A stretch of 60,293 nucleotides of DNA, filler included, from Sphacelaria rigidula (taxonomy: Eukaryota): assembly GCA_964200075.2 (NCBI GenBank). It is 4 parts of 4 records of this genome, joined end to end, with 100 filler letters (N's around TTAATTAATTAA, not from the genome) between each part and the next. Parts side by side here need not be neighbours in the genome. Positions count along the whole stretch, not along the records: positions 30,201 to 45,197 come from CAXNAA020001954.1; positions 45,298 to 60,293 come from CAXNAA020001955.1; 2 more parts are not named here. The stretch is one strand, 5' to 3'. The position numbers and the translations under genes were made by a program. The notes under the pieces are model-generated. The model did not search any database. It saw nothing but the letters and a program-made list of their open reading frames with translations, and had not been told where the DNA came from. Below, piece by piece: positions 38,501-49,165 of this stretch. The first letter of the stretch is position 1, and each line of letters begins with the position of its first letter.

Positions 38501-41500
38501 GCTTCATAGGCGGCTCAGAGTGTAGTTAGTCTGTGACCACGGAATGCGTCCGCATCCGATGCTCAGTACGGAAGTAAAGGTACTGCGGAGATGTCGAAAC
38601 GGTTTTGAATGTCAAAATGACGATGAACAACATCATCAACAAACTTTCCTGTCCTGGTCTGACGACTGACTTGTTGTACTTGTTATATTTGATATAGATG
38701 AGATTTTGATCGAGTGCTGCCCACCTCGGCCAGAGATTCTTGCAAGGCGGCCTTCATCATAGCCAGCTGTGCTTTCTCCTTCTCCACGCTGGACGGACTA
38801 GCCAAAGACTCCAAAGCATGAAGCTCAGCAACCTGAGAACGCCAAAACACGCAACAGGAGAATGAGCACCCGGGCACGGAGGATAGACCAGCACTGTCCT
38901 GCTACCTACTCCTTCCGACCGATATCAAGTGTTTTGATCTGCGACGTTGAGCGCTGATAGACGGTCATAGAGCTCACCGTAAGCTCAACGCCCCCATCTT
39001 CGCCATCTGTCTCTTTTTCTCCGTCCTCTGTGCCTTCCCGAGTGGCTTCCTCAACGTCCTCCACCTCGGGCTGTGCGCGAGAATCCAGAAGTGCATGGTC
39101 GTGTGTACTATTGGATGCGGTCAGCATTTCGTCGAGCAAGTTATTTGATCTTGTAGTCACGAGGTGGCGTGGCGGCACTATTGGTACGCGATATACGGTG
39201 GTTCGTGTTCGGTGGTTTGCCAAGAGGCACACGGAAGGGACAATCACTGCATGATCCTGGGTTACAGTGTATACAGCTCTAACCTTCACTGCGAGTTTGG
39301 TGGCAGGGGTTTTGGGCTTGGACTTCGGCTCCACCACACGGTCGCCTGACTCCATATCCTTCCTGACCGCAACAATATCTGCTTCTGTGGTCACGTGCTC
39401 TTTGCCATGTGTCGCCTTAGGGTCCGACGCAGCCACGAACTCCTTTTGACCCTCCCTCATTGTTACCTGAGGGCTCGTGTCGGTTCGTTCCGTGTTGGCT
39501 GCAGCTGCAATCGCTGCTTGCTGTATTGCCTTGTTCACCGCCTTGTCCTCAGCCGTCTGAGATGATAATACGAACACAATATGCCGGTGCGTCATACAAC
39601 GTAATACAGCTACAAAAAACATGAGAACAAGGGGCGATGCGGCGAACGGGGCATCATGGGGGCGCGACCTGTAGAACGCCCAAAGCATGGCCACAAAAAA
39701 AAACTGGTCGATATAAATGAGACCTACACAGTCGCCCAGGTGAAACGTGGGCTACAAAAGTGATTAAGTAAAAAGACGAAGGACACCATCATACGCTGAC
39801 TACGCACGTTAGCGAAAAGGGACAGCAAGCATTTCAAGTCAAGTACAAGGAGTGTGCAGAACGGAACTGGTACACAAGGGCGCCTCCAACCGTCACCTCC
39901 GATGAGTCCTTTTGGTCGTCGGCAATTCCCGGTTGTTCCACCTCGGCAGCCTTCTTAGTCTCTCGTGCCTTCGTCTCCTGTTGAAACGTGAACAACCCAA
40001 GCCCCGCGAAGGCGAGTATGATTGCTCCCGTTGCAGGTCGCCAAGCTCCACAAACATATTCATAACTTCAAGGCTGAGTGTGAGGGCACGCTTGGATCTC
40101 CACGCAGTATGATACGAGAGCATTCATATCCATGGTCACACAGCTTCGTCACAAGCACACCTAGCACACGAAAAAAAGTGAACAATACATTTAAACGCCG
40201 AAAAAGCCATCATGACATCATACCCGATGAACAAAAACGTTTTAAATTGGAAACTTGACGTTTGGCGACTAGGTGGGTCTCACCTCCTCCCGCTTCCGGT
40301 TCTCTTCCTCGATGAGCTCGTTTTGCCTCTCCAGAGATTCCAGCTTTCTTGTCCGGTATTCTGCCGTCTTCTGCTCCTCGCTTGATGCCGCCTCAATCAT
40401 CACCTGCACATGTAAGCGGGTTGAGCCCCTTGTAACGTGCGTACTACGAACCCTTCTCTGCGAAATACGGCAGTATGAACACTGATGACAAATACGTGAA
40501 GCACGCCGATCAATATGTGGGGTACTCTTTGGAAGCCCCTACGTATATACAAAGCAAAGAGAAACAACGCTCGTACCAGTTGAGCATGCCCCACCCTAAC
40601 ACTGTGAACACTGTAGCAATGGGTTGAATATCACCTCGGTTACGACGTCGTCGTCCATGGCAGAGATGGACTGCGCGAGGGCACGCGCAGGATCGGGAGC
40701 CTGGAGGGTGAAGGCCCGGCTCATGATCAGGAGAGAAATGGGTACGCTCTTCTTCGTACTGCACGTAAGGTGTAGGGTAAGTAAGCCAGCAACGGACACG
40801 GTGGCTGTCATCAGGTTTGGCAACGATCAGGGCTAGTCTGAAAACGAAAACAGCACATTGGAACACAATGGTTGGCGTAAGCAGTAGGAACGAAGTACGT
40901 TTGGATGAGTCAACATACGAACAACAATCGCGATGGGCTAGGACGGGCACGGCGTGAAGTGTTGGTACACGGCGAGTCTCCCACTCGACCATGAAGTGCG
41001 GAAGTAGCTGTCGTGTACCTGAGGTCTAGCCACTGGCTAAGCTGTCTGACGTATCCCTGTCTTGTCAAGCCAGTGGCTCGCATTCCGCGCTCACGGCATG
41101 CTTCCTGCGCACGAGGATAGGAAAGAGAAGATGGTCTCACGTGCTGGCGGCGCCGACATGTATGAAAACGGTATTTGTAACGCACACATCTCACACATCT
41201 CATTTCATCCGCACAGCCATAACAGCGAAAACTAGCACATTTATATGGGGCAAATGTAAGTCGCTCACCTGAAGCTCCTGCTTGGTGAGACTGGACACAC
41301 CCTCCCATAGGATACGCTGATCATCCTGGATGCAGAGGCAGGCATTGGTGGAGGGCAACATCGTAAGCCAGCATAGGCTGTTGATGCTTCCACAATTTCA
41401 CAGTAGGAGGATCGCCCTTGGCCACCACTGCTTGCAGTAAGTATACTATTAATGGTGACAAATCGTTTGGACACTCCTTACGCGTGTTCGATATTGATCA

Positions 41501-43405
41501 GCAGCACGCGACATCTCCCACAACTTACGCACACCTTCACTGCAAGGTATACACAATTTACACGATACTCTAATCCAGGGAGCAGGGCAACATGTAATGT
41601 CCAGGTGAAACACGTAGATACCGTTCAGTTCATACTCGCACTCAAACACGGAATGGTGATCGCGCAATACATCCCCTCCTCCTAGAACTGGGGTAGTTTG
41701 TGTTGCCGGCGCAACAGGCTGTGCGCAAATGCGTGTAGTACGTACAGGGCTTCAAAACAACCAACGCACGGGCACGCCGATACGTGCAACATGCGCCATC
41801 GAAAAGAATACGCTGTGCGTTCAATATTACATATCGAGCGTGCGATCGGGAATTGGGAAGGACCGGGAGTATACTTTTACTTTTGCCTATGGTATATAAA
41901 ACCGTGTTGTCAGGCACTAAGTACTAAGCAAATCCAACACGTTTTTCTTCGAGCGTTTCGAATAGAAATTGGGAATACCCAAGCGATGACCACGGGCAGT
42001 ACGCGTTGGAACAAAGAGAACGCTTCGCATATGTTTGCGTTCGGCACATACTGATGCAAGAACACGCAATGCTAGCCTTTTTTTTCGGTGCGTCGATATA
42101 TCAATATTCGAGGGCAGCGTGGAAAGCACGTGTTGGCAATACTTGTACCGTGTGGGACGCAACGGCGTGTGTGGCACATATTGGCTCTCACTCGCTTTAC
42201 CTTCGTTACCAATTACGCAACCCTTTGTTTACACACCAGCCAGACGAGCGTCTCGTGTGCAGTGTGCGCTGTGTCTGGTCTACCGTGCAGAGGACCATGA
42301 GCAACTAAACTGGTAGACCTTAGAACTATCAAGCAGCTTTAACCGGCAGTCTCACCTGGGTCACGGCTCGAAGCTTGTTGCGCAGTTGGAAGCGCAGGAA
42401 GTTGTCGCTGCCGAAAGGAGTAAGCCCCATATATCGGCACATGTTCACCAAACCCGACCGTGAAATATTGTCCATCGTCAACTCGTCCTGAAGAGAGGAA
42501 AGCAGCACGCATCTCGTTAGTTCGAAAGAGAACATGCCCGCTTCAAAACTCCAGACTTCAGTCGAAGCCACCGCTGCTGTCCAACAACAATCTGTCACTC
42601 CCAGCCTCCCAGGCTGATGTGCGTAATACACGCCGAAACTCGCATGCCTGAGCATTATTCGCAACCAAAAAACTACGATTGCGTGGTAACAATGTGCACT
42701 CAACAGGGAAAAAAGAAGCGCACATCTTCCCCATGCAGAGAGGTATGAATGCATACGTGCCTTGAACATCTTGGCGAACTTGGGGATATCCTGGTTGGTG
42801 ATCTGTCCCATCTTGGCCTTCTCGATGAATTCTGTGAGTTCGCTGGTTGTGGCCTCCGATTCGTCCCCATCCTCGGCCCTGATGACGGAACATGAACATT
42901 TTTCATCACAAATGAAATACTCAAACGAGCTCGGAGGTTTTTGGCACCAGAACAAAATGTGGCCATCATAGGCTTACGGATGTTAAGCTACATAAGAGTA
43001 TTGGTATCCGCACTGATCTTACATGACGTGGCTCGTGACAAGGCCTACGGACGCTTTCTCCTGTTCAATTGCTGCGCATCTGGGGCCCAAAACAGTGCCC
43101 GAAGGACCGACCATCACCAAACGATGCCCCATTTACGTGCATACGCACAGCAAGTTCCGACGCAAATCACGTGTTAACGAGTCAGCGTGCGTCGGCACAA
43201 ATCAGTCATGTGTTCACCACTCTCCTCTCCACTTCGGGTGGACAGCGTGCCAGTACGGTCTGTCGTGCCGACGGCAAACAGGAGCGACACTGTACCTGGT
43301 TTGCTTCTTGACCGCCATCGCCGTGACGGTCTCTTGAAGAAAGCCAGCGTAGGCCATGCGCAGCCGTAACTCCTTCTTGAGCTTTTCTTCCTCTTTCAGT
43401 GAGTC
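32588..43405 (-). CDS. LETM1: LETM1/Mdm38-like mitochondrial inner-membrane protein with two C-terminal EF-hands, 5' exons missing
   Basis: Eighteen phase-consistent exons: 43405-43296, 42878-42761, 42487-42356, 41325-41269, 41104-41019, 40758-40635, 40403-40284, 39977-39897, 39556-39284, 39070-38978, 38832-38725, 37067-36882, 36661-36580, 36251-36187, 35982-35851, 35442-35347, 32999-32928 and 32662-32588. Motifs: FKDELTMDNISRSGLVNMCRYMGLTPFGSDNFLRFQLR, DDQRILWEGVSSL...ELQEACRERGMR and VPISLLIMSRAF. EF loops: DRDEDGMVSAEE and DTDSDGQISVAE. Confidence 0.93.
37390..38020. mobile_element. Foldback element in a LETM1 intron
   Basis: ~37390-37515 is the reverse complement of ~37550-37680 (tgacatgatgtacaggacgtatgtg / cacatacgtcctgtacatcatgtca). 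A third, direct copy of the arm lies at ~37895-38020. Confidence 0.75.
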
Positions 43406-45197
43406 CTGAACATGAACATGAACATGCAAGCAACAGGCATCATGGTGAGACCTTGGGGGGAGAAATAAACGGAATGTTGTTGCACAACCACCATCACATA
43501 CGGTAATAGGTATTTGGGGACCACATCTAACTTGTGTGTACAAAGCTCGTTGAGAATCGCCACGGGCGAATATCACCAGGGACCTTTTGTACGAGATTGC
43601 GTTGCAATGGCGAAATGGAAAAATACTCATGCTGGCGTTCACATCTCTTGCTATTCGTCACCAAACCGAACATTTCGCGCACAAGAACCAACACCACGGA
43701 AAATCGCGGGGATATCGTTGTGCTAAGGCGACTGGTCCCCAGCCGAGAGTCGAGAAACCATCGCAGGGGTACCCTTATGTCCTCCTAACCCTCCCCAGCA
43801 CCTTTGGCGTTGGAATAGTCCTCGCACACACCGATGTCAACAAACTGCACCGTGCTATGAGGACACACACTGCTTTCCCTAGAGAAATTTCCTCAAGCGA
43901 CAGTTTGATAAGACAACAACGTTTTAAGTGATCGTATCGACCACGAGGGGATGATCGGGACCAGGAACGCATGAAAGCTTAAAGCTGACAAGGAAATCCT
44001 TATACCCCCGACACCCTCTTGCTTTTATCCTCCACCGATTCAAGGCGAACCACCTCCCCCACTGGTGACTTCCATCATCACCCGAAACTCGTGGGCAGTC
44101 AGTCGCCTGGCAGAAGGCGAGCAAAACAATGGTAACTCTATCATCGCACTCGTAGTGGTCCACACACACTACGCTGTACAAAACTGTATCTACAGACTGG
44201 ATCCTGTTCCTTTTCTGTGTCCTCATCACACATGACTAGCACTGCCTTTCGCCGCAGCTGTGCCACGTTTGAAGACACACTTGCGTCGCTCACGAGGTCA
44301 TTTTCCACATCTGTCCTCAGCGTTTTTCCCTGGAATTTCTCTCTTCCACCCGTCTTCAGTATCACTTTATCAAACATAAAAAAACTCATGCAGTGTGCTG
44401 ACCTCCATTACCATCACATCGAGATGATTGATGTATGGAGAGTGTACGAACGAGAGTTGTACGTGAGTGAGTTCGATTCGTTCTTCAACATTTTCAATCG
44501 AAAACGGTAAGGCGCCTACATTCTGGTGCTGATTCACCAACCCGCGACACGATGTGTCGTAAACTTCCGACTTAACGGTAGTGCGGATGCCAATACACAC
44601 CTGAGTAAAGCTGAACTCACCCTCTTGATCGAAACACAACGCATACAGGTATAGGGGGGAGAGCAGGGTGAATGCCTACGTACAGCAACACACGCAGTCA
44701 CGGCCAGTCAGATAACATCTACATGTAGCATTTAGGGGGTCGGGTGATGTTATAATCATGGACTGTTATCTCGACTTCGGGCATGATCGTACTGGTAAAA
44801 GCGCGCGTCAACTTGAAGATGGACTGAGATATATGGTTAGACCAGCTCTGATGGACGTGGAGTCAGTGACACGCAATTGGTTACCTCGTCAATGTTCAAA
44901 GGTGGTCAAGGTAGGGTAGGGTAGAGAGGAGGGCATATCGTCCAGATACTCTGGTTACCCTGGAATACTATCTCCGCAAGTCGATACCCCGGGTACTCTG
45001 GAGTACTGCTATTTCATCTTGCACGAAGCCAAGACACCATCCCACGGGGAGAAGCATGAGATGCTACGGTAAAAGTTGATTGCTAATTCATTTGTAACTG
45101 GGCACAGGTTGCTTGGTTGAGATGGGCAACCATTTAGTATTGGGGGGGGGGGTGTACTCATGATCATGTTTGCCATAGTCATAAGACCATTGACCTC

Positions 45198-45297
45198 NNN
45201 NNNNNNNNNNNNNNNNNNNNNNNNNNNNNNNNNNNNNNNNNTTAATTAATTAANNNNNNNNNNNNNNNNNNNNNNNNNNNNNNNNNNNNNNNNNNNN
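45198..45297. other. Artificial contig-joining spacer
   Basis: Same N44-TTAATTAATTAA-N44 structure. Confidence 0.97.
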
Positions 45298-45574
45298 GTG
45301 TGTTGGCGGTTTTCCCTGTTTGAGGTCAAAAGGTGGATCAAACGTCCCAAAAGTGAACAATCCGTGGGCCAAAAATCTGTTTGCCACAACATCCAGCCTC
45401 AGAAGAGCAATTGATATGTTGATCACCCTGTGCTGCACGCAGAACTACGCTCAGCTGTGCCGTAGCTTGCACCCTTTGTGATACTACCACCGGTATGATG
45501 ATGCGGATGTTGGGAATTCATTGACGTATGTGGCACCGACACGTGTAGCAGGTGAAGTCTGTTGCTGCATTTGC

Positions 45575-45918
45575 CTCATTCAGACAGCTCCTGTTACAGG
45601 TTCGGTAGAGCTCGAGGTCGTGGATACGAATCCTTCCGCTTGGTGTGTGTCTATAGATGAAAGGAATCATATGCAGAGAAGTCAGCAGACTGTTATGATA
45701 CACCCACGGGTTGTAACGACAGCGGACACAGACAGATATGGCATCGTACGCATACAACTCAGCAGACTTGATGTTGATCTCATTCAGACAGCTCCCGTTG
45801 CAGGTTGGTCAAAGCTCGAGATCATGGACACAAATCCTTTCCGCTCGGCTTGTGTCAATAGACAAGGAATCGTACGCATACATTTCAGCAGACTGTTACG
45901 ATACATCCACAGGTCGTA
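45575..45918 (+). repeat. Imperfect direct duplication (~140-bp units about 205 bp apart)
   Basis: ctcattcagacagctcc...agctcgag...cagcagactgtta occurs at ~45575-45710 and ~45779-45913. Confidence 0.8.
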
Positions 45919-46084
45919 ACTACAGCTCACACGAAGACGCCGGTAGACTAGAATCTCGGATACCATGTACTCCTCTCTCTCTCCCCTCCCCCGCAGAGAT
46001 GAGTTCAACTTTTTGGCACAAAAAAATTCCCAAAAATACAGCACGTTCGGTGTCTCAATTGGTGTGGTTCTCCCGTTCGTTACA

Positions 46085-47559
46085 AGCTGGTTCACGCTCA
46101 TCACACGAAAAGCATTCATCCGCAAAACCTCACGCCGTTTGAAGGAGTTAGACCCTGAAATTTTGCACAGATATTCTATGGGTCATTACGCCACTTTCGA
46201 AGAACGAGTTTTTTTTCTACCCAGTTACTTTTTTCACCGTTTTTCGGGGATCCCCATTTTTTCGGGAGAGTATCGATCCAATCGGACCCCCGTAAAACGG
46301 GAAAGGAAAAATGAGAAAAACTCGCTCTCCCAAAGTTGCGTAATCACCCATAGAGCAGCTGAGCAAAATTTCAGGGTCTAACTCATTAAAGCGGCGTGAG
46401 ATTTTTTGCTCTTGTGCGATAAATCTTGGCGTACCGCGGTGAAACCGCAAACGACTTGATTTTTGTACCAAAACGGCGTTTATGAGCTTCTTTGACGTGA
46501 ACATGAAAATTCAAGCATCAGTTGATCGAGTTGTGCGACGAAATTTCGTGGGGCCCTTCCTTGGGTTATGCGGCGACAAATCGTGCGCCATAAAAGGAAA
46601 AAAAAAGAAGTATCGTAGTGCCGGTTTTCCGGGGTCCCAGAATGAAAACTACTTCGAAAAACGGTGGAAAATTTAAGAAGAAAACATCGTCTGTAGAAAG
46701 TTGCGTAATGGTACATGGCATACTTGTGCAAAGTTTCAGGATGTAACTCCTAATAACGGCGTGAAGGTTTGCGCGTTTGTGGAAGACGTGGGCTTGAAAT
46801 GTGCAACTCCTAACTACTTGGTTCTAGTATAGAAACGTCTCATGGGGTGAATATTACGTCAAGACAAGAAAAACTATATGAGGTTTTCAAGTTTCTCCAC
46901 CAAACTTTGTACATGTGTTCCTTGGACTATCCCGGGACGCATCGTTCTATTATTATTTTTTTGAGCCTTCCGGGGGTCTTTATAGGGGGACCTCGGTAAG
47001 CGGGTAGAAAACGGAGAAACCATTAAATATTTTCAAGAATACATTCTTTTTCGTTTGGAGCATCAATACCTACGGAACTGCCAAGTTTGATGGCGATCTG
47101 AGCTTTTCTACAACAGATTTAAGGGACACCGTCACGATGCTCCCCGAGTCTTTCGTGCGTCTCATTAGTGGGAATTAGACGACGCCAAAACCCGACATCA
47201 CCGAAACATCACGGTTTCGGGTATAATTCGATCCCCGTAGTAACCGTTTTAAAATATATTGTTTTCGTTAGATTCCCGAGCTGATGGCGGTTGCTAAAAT
47301 TTGAAACATGTGGAGATTGGGTATAATTTGGGCTTGGAATTCGTAATTTCGATCTCGGAACAATTTGACGGGCGCTGATTGGTCGATATACATTTTCACC
47401 CTTAGCGCTACCACTATGATCTTACACACAAATCCGGCTGTGCCACGCTCTTCAGCTGTCCATGGCAGTCAGTATGATATCATGTATGTGACTATTGGGT
47501 AGGTATTGCGAAAGGCATTTGCTGATGACACAATTTTGGGTGATGAGCGTGAACCAGCC
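46085..47559. mobile_element. Non-autonomous TIR element (~1.47 kb) with internal inverted repeats
   Basis: Perfect 19-bp inverted repeat GCTGGTTCACGCTCATCAC (46086-46104) / GTGATGAGCGTGAACCAGC (47540-47558). Internal inverted arms gagttagaccctgaaatttt (~46145) / aaatttcagggtctaactc (~46366), with a third copy at ~46730. Confidence 0.8.
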
Positions 47560-48239
47560 TATATGTATACTCAAGTAAGGTACCTTCCGCTTCCAAAATG
47601 AAGTCGTCTTCACAGAACACTTCACGCTTTTAAACGAGATGAAACTATCTCAAAAGGGGGGAGGAGAGCCCCCTTCCTCGCGGCTAATGACCGAAGTAAT
47701 TGGCCAATCCGCCCGAACAACCTCCGAACGACCAAACAATGCCCACGTCGCTTTTGCATTTGAAAAATACGTATGTGAAACTTGGTTTTACATCTCTTGA
47801 AGACGGCGTGAAATAATGAGCAGACGTGAGATTGTTCCGAAAATTCAGGGCATGGAAAAGTCGGGAACCCCAGAAAGACGACGGAGCGGAGTGGGGAGAC
47901 ACGCACCCAGACACTGGTGACCTCAAGCTCTATTTAGAAATGCGTGCGCCGAAAATGGTTCCCACGTTGGTGAAATGCCCCGATGAAGAAAGCACACGTG
48001 AAAATGTTCCGAGAATGTGGCCCATAAAATGGCTGGAAATCTCAACACCAGGTGGAACATAAGTGGCACCAACACTTGCAACCTCGGACTCCATTCAGTT
48101 GCATTTATGTGAAAAAAATATTCCCGAAAATTGTAGGGCATGGAATGGGATTGCGGCGATGGAATGGCACTCCCGAAGCTACAAGCGAAAATGTATGGGC
48201 CTTAGTTCTTCTCACCTTGTCCAAGAATGTCCTGAATGT

Positions 48240-48655
48240 TCGTGTGGGCTTCTGAATACCCTCTGTTCTTACCGCGGCTGTGCTGCATGCTGACGATCAT
48301 TGTCCGCGGTGCACACCACGTGCAAAACACGCGGCGTACCTACACGATAGTACGACCCGAAAACAGCGACGTATATGGTTTTTCCGGAGATACGTGGATA
48401 CTACACGGTTCGAAGCCCTCCGTTTCGCACGCCCCCAGCGCCCCATCACGGCCCGCCACTAAGAAAGGATCCCCGTCACCTTGCCCCGCATACTGTGGAT
48501 CATTTGCATCCAGTACTTTGTTCGTGATGTGTTTCATGAGCTCTAACGTTGGCCGAAAATATTCTGGCAGTCTTTCCCGGACCTGCCTGTATAGGAGTTT
48601 TGTCAAGCGCACATTGGCCGATCAACACGATTTCCTCGGGCTGTAGCCCAATGAA
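48240..48655 (-). pseudogene. Decayed reading frame resembling a RAG1/Transib-type DDE transposase
   Basis: GLQPEEIVLI [frameshift] ANVRLTKLLYRQVRERLPEYFRPTLELMKHITNKVL...LVAGRDGA...VSPEKPYTSLFSG...*VRRVFCTWCAPR. The motif order parallels RAG1/Transib. Recognised by eye only. Confidence 0.35.
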
Positions 48656-49165
48656 GTACGCAGAAATCACAAAACCGGGCCTGAATGGTTGTCTATTCTA
48701 GAAGAACGATCGACATTGATTCTACCGCATCGAGCGAACACATGAAAACACCAGACCGCGAGACTTTGTACTCTTGGGAACCCCAAGGACCTGTTGGCCT
48801 GTAAGATGTTGAAAATTAAAAGTATGTGCGCAAAATGCCAGAGCGCCGTGTAATGTGTGAGCTTTTTTTCCTCTTTTTCATTTCTCCCGTGTCATAAACG
48901 TACAGACGGACAAGAACCAGGCTACGAGTGCTACACCGACATGAAGGCTGGAAACCGTTACCAATACACAACCCTAGGTTTGTAAACACGGAAACATTGT
49001 GGCCGCAGGGTATGTCTCCTCCTACCGTGTAGGGCAAGGATTCAACAGATGATCAAGCAGCTGGCGGTTTTGAAGTTGATCTCCCCCGGTCCCTGCACCA
49101 GTCTCCTTTTTGGACCTTGCATATTATTTTATCTCCCAACCGAACCATGCACCACTTAACACCAG

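Noticed and set aside
38906..39694. 262-aa ORF as a standalone gene
   Set aside because: It is two LETM1 exons read through an in-frame intron.
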